Under the pieces are notes generated by a model. That model saw only the letters and a program-made list of their open reading frames with translations, searched no databases and was not told where the DNA came from. 64,000 nucleotides of DNA from Octopus sinensis (taxonomy: Eukaryota). The position numbers were made by a program, and so were the translations under genes. This document shows, piece by piece, positions 37,518-49,844 of the stretch. Where the stretch lies: assembly GCF_006345805.1 (NCBI RefSeq), contig NC_042999.1, positions 19,530,001-19,594,000 of the forward strand, in the 5' to 3' direction. Each line of letters opens with the position of its first letter. The first letter of the stretch is position 1.

Positions 37518-38923
37518 ATAAATGCACGTAACAAGGTGTTATCTATAAATTCCTTAGCAGTTCCAGTTGTTACTTATAGCTACAATGTGTTGAACTGGAA
37601 TATGAGTGAAGTAAAGAATATAGATAGAAAAATACGCAAGCTGATGAGTTGTAATAGGATGCACCACCCAAAGGCAGACGTAGATCGCCTTTACCTCCCC
37701 AGAGGCCAAGGAGGTCGAGGCCTGATCCAATTTGAACTAGCTTACAAAACAACCACAATTGGACTGGCCAAATATCTCGAAATATCGAATGACTGGATGC
37801 TAAAGCTCATGGAAAATCACGAGAGACGAAAGAAGCTTCATTCTATCATAAAGGAAAGCAAAAAATTTGCTATTGATCTCGTGTAGGATACCCAAACTGA
37901 ACAACCCGAGGGAAGTAAGGCAACTATTGTTGCAAAGAAGGTGAAAATGATGGCAATGAAGAAAGCGCACGAGCAATTGGCTGATAGGTGGGAGGAGAAA
38001 CCTCTGCATGGCAAATATGTGACCCGCAGCAAACAAGCTGATGTTGACCAGAAGCAAACCAATCAGTGGCTACGGAGCTCAGGGCTAAAAGCAGAGAGCG
38101 AAGGTTTCATCCTGGCTGCTCAAGATCAAAGCCTATTAACCCGGAACTACCAGGCCAATGTGATGAAAAATGGAGCAGACCTAAAATGCCGATTCTGCAA
38201 CGACATGATTGAAACAGTGGACCACCTAATCTCTGGATGTAAAGTCTTAGTACCAGTGGAGTATAATTAAGACATGACAGAGTTGGCCAATATCTCTACT
38301 GGCTAATAAGTCGGCATTACAATATCAAAACTGCCGACAAGTGGTATAATCACCACCCTGAGGCTGTAACTGAAGGAGAAAATGTAACCATTCTGTGGGA
38401 CTTTCCAGTACATACAGACCGAACCATCAAGGCCAATAAACCAGATATTGTTGTGAAAGACCAAAACAATAAAGTTTGCTTATTGATCGACATGAGCATC
38501 CCCTGTGATCATAATATCTCAGCGAAAGAGTTTGACAAGCTCAGAAAATATAAAGACCTACTCATTGAAATTGAGAAAATGTGGTATCTCAAGGTGGTTA
38601 CAATACCAGTGATCGTAGGAGCACAAGGAATGATCAAGAAGGGAACCGAAAATTATATGAGAATGATCCCTGGCTTACCATCCCTGCAAGAAGTGCAAAA
38701 GATTGTCTTAACTGGTACATCACACGTATTGAGAAGAGCATTGTCGATGTGAGAACTGTTGCTGCTCATGTATTTTAATTTAACTTAAAAAAAAAAAAAA
38801 AATGAACGATCTACTGAGTTTGGTTTAATGGCCTACCAATGTATACTATGAGTTTCTTTGCCCTAGGAGTCGGGAAGACACTCGGCAAGAAATGGAAGCA
38901 AATTTGAAAGAAGAAAAAAAAAA
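37518..38923 (+). pseudogene. 5'-truncated R4/Dong-clade LINE (post-RT region, CCHC knuckle, RLE)
   Basis: RLYLPRGQGGRGL, AAQDQ, CRFC..ETVDHLISGC, RHD, WDFP..NKPDIV..IDMSIP..KY; stop at 37884 and frameshift near 38268; (TAA)n on both sides. Confidence 0.9.
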
Positions 38924-38967
<44 letters not shown>

Positions 38968-38968
<1 letters not shown>

Positions 38969-39320
38969 GAAATTGAAAAATGTGGCATCTCACGGCGACT
39001 ACAGTACCAATGATTGTAGGATCTCCAGGAATGATAAAAAAAGGTACTGAAACCTATTTGAAAATTATACCAGGCTTACCATCCCTACAGGAAGTGCAAA
39101 AAATCGTATTAACTGGAATGGCTCATGTACTGAGAAGAGCATTATTGCTGTGAAAACAACATCCATCCATGAATTTATTTATTCCTTAATTTTTTTAAAA
39201 TACATAGTTTACCTGTGAATTTGTGTGTGTAATCTGGGAATGCATACAATGCCCTTCTCTGCCCTAGGTGTACGGAAAACACTCGGCCAGAAACGGAAGA
39301 AAATTTGAAGAAAGAAGGAA

Positions 39321-39321
<1 letters not shown>
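38968..39321 (+). mobile_element. R4/Dong-like LINE 3' end
   Basis: Near-identical to 37092-37445; flanked by (TAA)n. Confidence 0.8.
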
Positions 39322-39362
<41 letters not shown>

Positions 39363-39384
39363 TGATGATGATGATGATGATGAT

Positions 39385-39590
39385 TTAAATCTTTGGCACA
39401 AATCCAAGTTTGGAGAAAAGGGATAAGTTAATTACATCAACCTCAGTCCTCAACTGCTATTTATTTTATCGACCCCCCAAAGGATGAAAAGCAAAGTTGA
39501 CCTCAGTTAGATTTGAACTCTAGATGTAAATACCCAGAAGAAATGCTGCTAAGCATGTTGCAAGACATGCTAATGAATCTGCAAGCTTGA
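39385..39590 (-). mobile_element. SINE type B (diverged)
   Basis: TTTATCGACCCC..AAGGATGAAAAGCAAAGTTGACC core. Confidence 0.6.
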
Positions 39591-40756
39591 GGTCTTTGCC
39601 ATCTCCCCCACATTTACCAGCTCACCGCCTTCATAATTAAATACCACATGAGAATTTTTGCAAAGATCTAACAACTCCATGAATACAGATACAGATACAG
39701 ATATTCTGCCAATCCACCAGAAAGGCTATAAGACATATTTATAAAATCTAATGGGGTTAGGAAATGAATCCCGGATTTCATCGAATGATATACAGTTATT
39801 ATAAGCATGAATTATGTGTTCAAGGTAAATAATTTCCGAAAATCTCCCGGTTATTAAGAATATATCTCCAAGAAAGAAACATAGCAGATTATATGAACAT
39901 GCAATATAAATGGATTATATAACACGAGAGTCGTCGTAGGTGAACAAGGTCTTCGGATAAAGTTGGAATATTAGATTTTGGACTATAAGTGCTTGCAGAT
40001 TTAATTTATGGCAATATTATTTTTATAGGGAACATATTGTCCAATGCTAGAGAGATTGAGATTTGAATCGCCCATCAACGAATCTAGCATTAATGCAGAA
40101 GCTATTTTAGCTATATCGAGTCTTGTGGTTCCATGTATGACACATGAGAAACCGTAACTGTAGGCATATTTATATGTACTTTGAGTGTATTAAGACACTA
40201 CCATTCCATATTAATGTGAGGAAAGACATTACATAAAAACATGTATATACATGTACATTCATATAAAAAGCTTCATGCATGTATGGTCTCCTTAAAGAAG
40301 CTTACTTGGCAACTCTGGGGTTTCGGTTCAATTCCACCATGGGACATTTTGGTCATGTGTTTTTTCTTTATTTTAGGCTCAGATAAATTAATGCCTTGTG
40401 ACTAAATCTGATAGATGAAAGGCTGCAAAATAATAAATAGATAGAGACAGAGAACGTGAAATAGGTTTCAATACAGAGAGAGGGAGGGAGAGAGAGAGAG
40501 TGAAAGAAAGATGGATGGAGAACTAGTTAGAGAGATAGATACACACACACATATATAATACATAAATAAGCACATAAACAAACATAATATATATACACAA
40601 ATGTATACATATATATATATAACCATATTTGTATGTGTTTTTATATATATATATATAATATATATATATATACAAACACACACACATACACACAAACATA
40701 ATATTCTATATATAAGTTAGTCACAGCCTGGTTCATTAATATATATATATATATAT

Positions 40757-41013
40757 TACGGAGATGTACTCGCATAGCAAGTGATTTGATCTGAGATCAT
40801 GTGCTGGAACGAAAACAATTGCAGTGTGGAAGGTGTTTGTAAGCCATTTAAGAAACACACAAAAGCCGTTCGATTCATGGATTTTTGTCAGTGAACAGGT
40901 TGTGGATTTTAGCGAGGAAAATATTTTGACAAATTAAACTTAAATGTTGAAGTGAATCGAACGGCTTTTGTGTGTTTCTTAAATGGCTTACAAACACCTT
41001 CCACACTGCAATT
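40757..41013. mobile_element. MITE/foldback with 61-bp perfect inverted repeats in (TA)n
   Basis: 40817-40877 is the reverse complement of 40953-41013. Confidence 0.75.
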
Positions 41014-41049
41014 ATATATATATATATATTATATATATATATATATATA

Positions 41050-41529
41050 CGGTTAAGTAATTGAGATTCTAGTGAATTCTAAAGAATTCACATGAATATG
41101 GTCCTTAACTAGGATGCACCGGATATCTATATGGTGTTAGCCATATGACAAGTGGGGTGACTTTCCTCTACATGATGTGGCAGTCACTTTGCCTCTTACT
41201 CAGATTTTCAGAAATTTTGCATGTCTGTATCCGAAAATTTCTTCATACAACTTGATCAAATATCCAATATGAGCTATATGTAGACATGCATAAATTCTAT
41301 AGGTTTAAAACCTTTCATCAGATCTCCATGAATCGAACTTGCTTCAATGCAGTTAATCCTACAACCTCTTTTATATCTACCCCTTTTGATGTTTGGGAAT
41401 TCTCTGATATTTTTTCGGCTGACGAGTACGAGCCATCTGTATTCACTGCATTTTTTGTAGCTTATTAAAGATGTCCTCGTACGAAACGATCGTACCGAGA
41501 TTTTAATCCATTCTTGTTGCTTTTTTCCT
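41050..41529 (+). mobile_element. Penelope-like element 3' end (pLTR)
   Basis: Contains an intact HHR; upstream frames give ASYSDFQKFC..ENFFI and CRH..KF, loosely resembling PLE C-termini; flanked by (TA)n. Confidence 0.5.
41413..41500 (+). ncRNA. Type I hammerhead ribozyme, fully intact
   Basis: tttcgg-CTGACGA-gtacgag...ctcgtac-GAAA-cgatcg-TA-ccgaga; 6-bp helix I, 7+5-bp helix II with G10.1-C11.1, palindromic helix III, GUA triplet. Confidence 0.88.
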
Positions 41530-41705
41530 ATATATATATATATATATAAGGGTCTTTCCTTAATATTTTGTTGAATATATTATATAGTCTGTGACTATTT
41601 CTATTTTCTCACTTGACCGCTGGTTGCAGAAAATTTTTCTTGAAATTTTTTCTTGAATTTTTTTGCTACCCTATATTGATAAATATATATATATATATAC
41701 ATATA

Positions 41706-42065
41706 CAGGGTGATTCAAAAGTCGCCATACATAGGAACAATTTAACTTTTTATAAGAAACAGTTTATAAGAAAAGTTTCTTTCTTTTATTTAACAGGCTC
41801 TATGTGGTGTCCATTGTTTTGAATACACATTGCAATACATTTACCCATCTCATTGTAAACTGGTAATAGCACATCTGGTGATACGTGATGCATTCCTTCA
41901 AATGATTTAGGTCTTTTATCTTTCTGCAATACACCATGCCTTTCAAATGGCCCCAAAGATAGAAATCAAGAGGGGTCAGATCAGGGTATCTAGGTGATCT
42001 TATAAACTGTCACTTATAAAAAAATAAAAATTTTTCCTGTGTATGGAGGCTTTTGAATCACCCTG
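41706..42065 (-). mobile_element. Tc1/mariner-superfamily non-autonomous element
   Basis: TIRs CAGGGTGATTCAAAAG, TA target duplication, internal PRYPDLTPLDFYLWGHLKGMVY transposase C-terminal motif. Confidence 0.88.
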
Positions 42066-42130
42066 TATATATATATACATATGCAGGTGTATGTGTATGT
42101 TTGTGTAAATATATATACATATATAAATGT

Positions 42131-42178
<48 letters not shown>

Positions 42179-42189
42179 GTGTGTGTGTG

Positions 42190-42225
<36 letters not shown>

Positions 42226-42228
<3 letters not shown>

Positions 42229-43722
42229 GTGTGGAAACAAGGATTAGAATCGAAGGGCCTCAGAGTCAATCTAGCTAAAACCAAAGTCGTAATCAGTAGG
42301 AAGGTAGACAAATCACAAACACCTTCAGGTGGATGGCCCTGCTCGATCTGTAGAAAAGGTGTAGGTAGAAACTCTATAAGATGCACCAAGTGTAAGCTAT
42401 GGACACATAGAGATGCAGCAATGTCAAAGGAAGGCTAACTAGGAAGATGGTTTTTGTATGTGGCAGATGCTCAGGAACAATAAACACTGAAAATGCTCTG
42501 AGACCAACTTCCGTCACTTTCCAGGGAGAAAAAAAGAAATAGTTGATAGTTTCCGTTACCTAGGTGACCAGTCAGCAGCGGGGGTGGGTGTGCTGAAAGT
42601 GTAACTGCTAGAGTAAGAATAGCTTGGCAAAGTTCAGAGAGCTCTTACCTCTGCTGGTGACAAAAGCCTCTCGCACAGAGTGAAAGGCAGACTGTATGAT
42701 GCGTGTGTACGAACAGCCATGCTACATGGCAGTGAAACATGGGCCGTGACTGCTGAGGATATGCGTACGTCGCTAGAAATGAAGCCAGTATGCTCCGATG
42801 GATGTGTAATGCCGGTACTCACACTCGGCAGAGTGTAAGTACCTTGAGAGAAAAGCTGGACCTAAGAAGCATCAGTTGTGTGTGCAAGAGAGACGTTTGC
42901 GCTGGTATGGTCATGTGGCGAGAATGGATGAAGATAGTTGTGTGAAAAAGTGCCACACCTAGCGGTTGAGGGAACCTGTGGAAGAGGCAGACCCAGGAAA
43001 ACCTGGGACGAGGTGGTGAAGCACGACCTTCGAACTTTAGGTCTCACTGAGGAAATGACTAGAGACCGAGACCTCTGGAAGTGTGTTGTGCGCGAGAGAC
43101 CCGCAGGACAATGAGTCCACAACCCGTGGCCTTCTACATGGGATGGAGCCAGCCTACGTATGCATACCTTCCCTCTTGGGACACAAAACTCTACTTGTGA
43201 AGACGTGTTGAGGCAAGTGAGGATCAGAATCGAAATCGATCAATGGAAATTGCGGATGTGCTACCAGTGCCGGGGCATGTCGAAACTCTGCTTGTGAAGA
43301 CCCATTGAGGCAAGTGAGGATCAGAATCGAAATCGATCAATGGAAATCGATCAATGGAAATTGCAGATGTGTTACCAGTGCCGGTGGCATGTAAGAGAAC
43401 TTTCCGTTTCGCGACCGTTGCCAGCACCGCCCCGTTTCGTGTCCGTTGCCAGCCTCGCCTGGCCTCGTGCCGGTGGCACATAAAAAGCACCATCCGTTCG
43501 TGGCCGTTTGCCAGCTCTGTCTGGCACCAGTGCGGTGGCACAAAAGCACCCACTACACTCACAGAGTGGTTGGCGTTAGGAAGGGCATCCAGCCGTAGAA
43601 ACACTGCCAGATTTGACTGGGCCTGATGAAGCCTTCTGGCTTCACAGACCCCAGTAGAACCGTCCAACCCATGCTAGCATGGAAAACGGACGCTAAATGA
43701 TGATGATGATGATGATGATGAC
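42226..43722 (+). mobile_element. 5'-truncated RTE LINE with frameshifts (same family as 8091-10622)
   Basis: [35 protein letters not shown]..; MLHGSETW; 3' UTR units; (GAT)n tail. Confidence 0.92.
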
Positions 43723-43750
43723 ATATGTAAATATATATATAAACGTGTAA

Positions 43751-43781
<31 letters not shown>

Positions 43782-44293
43782 CACATGTGTATGTATGTAT
43801 GTCTCTGTGTGTGTAATGCATAAATAAGATAGAACTGCCTGGAGACAGTGTCTCTGCTGGAATTTTCAATGCAGTTTGAGACAATGGCAGACATGGTTAC
43901 ACAGAAAACTGCCAGTGTTTTTCTAAAGAAGCAACCGTTTAATAGTACAAGTGACTTCGGTGATCTCAATGTTGTTTTTTTTTCCTTGCTTGGCTTTAGG
44001 CTACTCAATAACTGTTTTACATTATTTTCCTCTGCACGGCATAAACCTAATCCAACGTGTCGTTGCTAAGATGTCGGGACTTGATTTGTGAGAGAGCTAA
44101 CTACTAATAATACCAGGTTGAGCAACCTTTCAGAGGCTTGCACATTGACTTGTATATAGAAAGACATACATAGATGCATACATACAAATGCATGTATATA
44201 TATATATGTATATGTGTGTGTGAGTGTGTGTATAATGTATATGATCTGTATTGAATTAAGAGAAGAGAATGGTGAGTTAGTGGTTAATAATTA

Positions 44294-44684
44294 TCTCTAT
44301 ATATATAAAGCTGAAGTTGTCTGTGTATGGCAGGTTCGACAGCCTTCAACTAACACTATCTCCTCCGAGACCCTGCAGTGCAAGTTGACCAAAATTGAGA
44401 GTATGATAGAAGAAGGCTTGCTTTTCATTCAGTAGAAAGAAAAATTCAAATCGGACCATGTTAAGACCATAAATTATTTACATCAAAAAGGTCCTTTTTT
44501 TTTATGAAAATCCCTATTTTTTACGATTTTTTTACTGCTGTATTGCCATTTTTTGTTGTATTTCAACCAGAAAAATGTTCACTTAAAGAGAATAACAAGC
44601 TACATAATTCAATTTTTTACTTTTCAAAAATTCCAGTTCTAAAGGGTCGAAGCAAACTCGAGCAACGCCGGGTGATACTGCTAC
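44294..44684 (+). mobile_element. Non-autonomous Helitron
   Basis: 5' TC..TATATAAAG; 3' GC-rich hairpin CTCGAGCAACGCCGGG then CTAC-t; second copy at 58603. Confidence 0.7.
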
Positions 44685-44732
44685 TTTATAAATATATTGA
44701 TAATTATTTCTTCCTACAGCTGTTTCCATTTA

Positions 44733-45113
44733 TACTCTCTTTTACTCGCTTCAGTCATTTGACTACGGCCATGCTGGAGCAACGCCTTTAGTCAACAAAA
44801 TTGCCCCAAGCCTAGTAGTTATTCTATTGGCCTTCTTTTGACGAACCACTAAGTACCATGGACATAAACACATCAGCATCGGTTGTCAAGCAATGTTGGG
44901 GAACAAACACAGACACAAAAACACACACATACGTATATATAAATATGCATATATATGAGGGGCTTCTTTCAGTTTCCATCTCCACTCACAAGGCTTTGGT
45001 CGGCCCAAGGCTATAGTAGAAGACACTTGCCCAAGGTGCCAGGCAGTGAGACTGAACCCAGAACCATGTGGTTGGTAAGCAAGCTACTTACCACACAGCC
45101 ACTCCTGCTACCT
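44733..45113 (-). mobile_element. SINE type A
   Basis: Head to tail match. Confidence 0.8.
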
Positions 45114-45937
45114 ATAAATTACAAATTTGTGAATCAAATTTGCATTTATAAGTTATGAGCAAACTGTCATCCAGGAAAAGTTAGACATTTGAAAAATTAT
45201 GTGTTGACCTATCTGTTTGGAATGAACTCATATACACACACACACAAACACACATACACTAACTTCACAGATGGCTACAACAATATCAACAACATGACTA
45301 ACAATAACAACAGTAACAGCAGCCGTTCAAGAATTTGGACCTGGAGATCTCCATTCGAGGGCCACCTCCCAGTGCTGTCGGGCATCAACAAAGAGCCCTC
45401 GACTACAACAAGACGACCAAAGTTATTTTTTTCCAAGGTCTGGGGTCTCCCGCCCCTAAGCCCTAGACCATCACCTCATCACCCTTACCCATCTTGTTGC
45501 TTAACAACAACAACAACAACAGCAACAACTATGATGATGGCAGCAGCATGGGTGAACACACAAACACAGTGAGTTACAAGAACGGTACAAAAGGTCGGGT
45601 TCACGGACAGCAGCAGCAATAAGATAGGGGGCAGGGCTGAGGGGAGGGTCGTAGTGATTCTAAGACCAATGAAACGCACACACACACACACACACAGATG
45701 CATATTCATATAAGGATACACATCATAGAAAAACAGAATGGAATAGGCAGAGCAAGAGAGCACACAAAGATAGAAAGTGTCACTGTGGAGGTCACAGATG
45801 AGTGACAAAAGATGTCCGGACAATGGAGATGAGTTAGAATAAGAAGAGTAATGGATGAGTGAAAAATGAGTATATAATGTATGTGTTAATTTGGTAAAAG
45901 AAAAATAAAAGAAATGACCATCTCAAAATACAACAAT

Positions 45938-46243
45938 ATATATTGTATAAAGGGTCGCGGGTAAGGCCAAATCAATGCGAAGGAAATGCAAGGTATAGCA
46001 CAAGAAAACAAATATGTGAATTGATGTAGGCTCACCTTGTATTCAAAATTTCGGGGTTATGACCCCATTTTCAAGAAATTGACGAATAGCCACATTCGTC
46101 AATTTCTTGAAAATGGGGTCATAACCCCGAAGTACTGAATACAAGGTGAGTCTACATCAATTCAAATATTTGTTTTCTTGTGATTTACCATGCATTTACT
46201 TCACATTGTTTTGGCCTTACCCATGATCTTTTATACAATATAT
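45938..46243. repeat. About 150-bp-arm inverted repeat with 6-nt loop
   Basis: 46050-46087 is the perfect reverse complement of 46094-46131; arms extend imperfectly outward. Confidence 0.9.
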
Positions 46244-46271
46244 TCTACACAATGCTTCATAGAAATTATTC

Positions 46272-46328
<57 letters not shown>

Positions 46329-46364
46329 CTTTATTTAAAGCAGCGGAACTCCGGTATATATATG

Positions 46365-46414
<50 letters not shown>

Positions 46415-46440
46415 TTAAATATATATTACATGTATACATT

Positions 46441-46482
<42 letters not shown>

Positions 46483-46684
46483 AATATATATTACATGTAT
46501 ACATTTAAATATAGAAGGTGCTATGTTGTAAGGACTGAGATATATAAAGTGAAGGAATATATAGGGATAATTGGATATAAGAATGGAGAAATGGTTTTCA
46601 AACATCTATAAGGAAGACAACAGCAGATAAATGGTGAAGGAAGTTTTAAACATTTAGAACATTTAGAACTTTCTGGATAACCCA

Positions 46685-47050
46685 ATCATCATCATCATCA
46701 TCATTTAACGTCCGCTTTCCATGCTAGCATGGGTTGGACAGTTCAACTGGAGTCTGGGAAGCCAGAAGGCTGCACCAGGCCCAATCTGATCTGGCAGTGT
46801 TTCTACACCTGGATGCCCTTCCTAACGCCAACCACTCTGTGAGTGTAGTGGGTGCTTTTTACTTGCCACTGGCACGGGTGCCAGACGAGGCTGGAAAACG
46901 GCCACAATCGGATGGTGCGTTTTATGTGCCACTGGCACGGAGGCCAGTCGAGTGGCGCTGGCTACGGCCACGTTCGGATGGTTCTCTTACGTGCCACCGA
47001 CACTGGTATCACAGCTACAAATTCCATTGATGTTGATAGACTACGATTTT
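46685..47050 (-). mobile_element. RTE 3' UTR fragment
   Basis: Terminal sequence, 3 tandem units, (GAT)n tail. Confidence 0.85.
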
Positions 47051-47316
47051 GAGACATTTTAACCCTTGTTTCTGGTGAAAGTAAAGTTTGATTTCTTCAA
47101 TTCTGTTTCAGACATGGGTATTTTATACTATATATTTTAAGCTTGTGGATATAATTTATATGCAAAAAAGGGGGCTTTGTATAAAAATTGGAATAAAGAT
47201 ACAAATAAAATTTAATTTTACAAGAAAAATGTTTTAATAATTAAACATTAAAAATTTTTTAAATTTAAATAAAGAAAAGAAAGAAAGAGAGAAAAATATT
47301 TATTACTTTTGTATAT

Positions 47317-47660
47317 AGTTCAGTCCCACTGCATAGTACCTTGGGCAAGTGTCTTCTACTATAGCCTCGGGCTGACCAAAGCCTTGTGAGTGGATTTGGT
47401 AGACGGAAACTGAAAAGAAGCCTGTCGTATATATGTATATATATATATATGTGTGTGTGTCTTTGTGCCCCCAACATTGATTGACAACCGATGCTGGTGT
47501 TCTTATGTCCCCGTAACTTAGCAATTCAGTAAAAAAAATCCAATAGAATAAGTACTAGGCTTACAAAGAATAAGTCCTGGGTTCGATTTGCTTGACTAAA
47601 GGCGGTGCTCCAGCATGGCCACATTCAAATGACTAAAACAAGTAAAAGAGTAAAGAGAGA
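47317..47660 (+). mobile_element. SINE type A lacking the first part of the head
   Basis: Starts at the B box. Confidence 0.8.
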
Positions 47661-48025
47661 TAATATAACATCTTCATCATCGTTGTCATCGTCATCGTCC
47701 TCCTCCTCCTCATTATTATTATTATTATCATTTAACATCCTTTTTCTATGCTAGCATCAGTTGTTTTAGCCAATTGGCTGCAGTGGACAAGTTTTCTTTT
47801 GTTTCCTTAAAATTATGATTGCTACATCAACCTTGTAATGATAACATACGTCAGTATTGGATAATCAGATACTGTGGATGTGACAAATGTATAAAAATCA
47901 GAATAGAAATGCAGATAAAATTGAATTCAACAAAAATGGTTTTAATAATTAAATATTTAAAAACTTCTAAATTTAAATATAGAAAAGAAAGGAAAGGGAA
48001 AAGAATTTTAATTACGTTTATATAT

Positions 48026-48193
48026 AGGCGCAGGAGTGGCTGTGTGGTAGGTAGCTTGTTTACCAACCACATGGTTCCGGGTTCAGTCCCACTGTGTGGC
48101 ACCTTGGGCAAGTATCTTCTACTATAGTCTTGGGCAAACCAAAGCCTTGTGAGTGGATTTGGTAGATGGAAACTGAAAAGAAGCCCGTCGTAT

Positions 48194-48248
<55 letters not shown>

Positions 48249-48251
48249 ACA

Positions 48252-48314
<63 letters not shown>

Positions 48315-48548
48315 GTGCATGTATGTTTATGTGTCTGTGTTTGTCTCCCTAGCATTGCTTGACAACCGATGCTGGTGTGTTTATGTCCCCGTCACTTAGC
48401 AGTTCGGCAAGAGGGACCGATAGAATAAGTACGGGGCTTACAAAGAATAAGTCCCAGGGTCGAGTTGCTCGATTAAAGGCGGTGCTCCAGCATGGCCACA
48501 GTCACATGACTGAAACAAGTAAAAGAGTAAAAGAGAGAGTAAAGAGTA
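48026..48548 (+). mobile_element. SINE type A with expanded internal (TA)n
   Basis: Complete head to tail. Confidence 0.87.
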
Positions 48549-48719
48549 TAGATAATGTGTCCTCCTCATCATCGTCGTCATCGTCATTATTATCATTATT
48601 TAACGTCTGTTTTCCATGCTAGCATGGGTTGTTTCGTTCATTGAACAGCTGTGGGCACTATATCTTTTGCTGTATTTTGGGATGGTCAATTTTTTTTTCC
48701 AAATGAACAAACACACTAT

Positions 48720-49350
48720 AGGCATGGGAGTGGCTGTGTGACAAGTAGCTTGCTTACCAACCACATGGTTCCAGATTCAGTCCCACTGCATGGCACCTTG
48801 GGCAAGTGTCTTCTACTATAGCCTTGGGCTGACCAAAGCTTTGTGAGTGGATTTGGTAGACGGAAACTAAAAGAAGGCTGGTGTATATATGTATACATAT
48901 ATATGCATGTGTGTGTATATGTCTGTGTGTCTGTGTTTGTTAATCCAACATTGCTTGACAACTGAGGGTGGTGTGGTTACGTCCCTGTAACTTAGCGGAT
49001 CAGCAAAAGAGATCCAATAGATAAGAATTAGGCTTACCAAGAACAAGTCCTGAGGTCGATTTGTTCGACTAAAGGTGGTGCTCCAGAATGGCCACAGTCA
49101 AATGACTGAAACAAGTAAAAAGCTATAGGTGCATGAGTGGCTGTGTGGTAAGTAGCTTGCTTACCAACCACATGGTTTCAGGTTCATTCCCACTGCATGG
49201 CACCGTAACTTAGTGGATTGGCAAAAGAGACTGATAGAATAATTACTAGGCTTACAAAGAATAAGTCCTGGGATAGATTTGCTCGACTAAAGGCAGTGCT
49301 CCAGCATGGCCACAGTCAAATGACTGAGACAATTAAAAGAGTAAAAAAGT
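48720..49350 (+). mobile_element. Two tandem SINE type A copies (second internally deleted)
   Basis: Heads at 48720 and 49127. Confidence 0.82.
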
Positions 49351-49844
49351 AAAAAAAAGACTATATATTTTTTCTTCACTCATTTATTACTGGTCTTATT
49401 TTATTAATTTAACTCTTGTCCATTGACCTTTTGTTTCCTTAAAATTATGATTGCTACACCAATCTTGTAATGATAACAAATGTCAATGTAAGATAGTCAG
49501 ATATTGTGGATATGACAAAGAAATTAACACATGCATATTGCTGGGGACAGGAGAAAAAAAAAGGAGTAGAATAAATCATATTGAGTGAGAGCTATAGGAA
49601 GAGGATGAGAGGGAGGTGGAAGAAGATAGAGAGAAAGAGAAAAGGAAGGAGGGTCAGAGATGATGTTTTGAGCGAATGGTGATGTTTAAAATAGACAATG
49701 AAATGTTAATTTTATTGAAAATATACAGAAATTTGAATTTTTAAGATTTTATTACCATCCGAGAATAATCCAGAAGGGGTGAATATTTTTTTTTTTGTTA
49801 CGTACATCGATATACATGAATTGCAATCATTATATACAATACAT

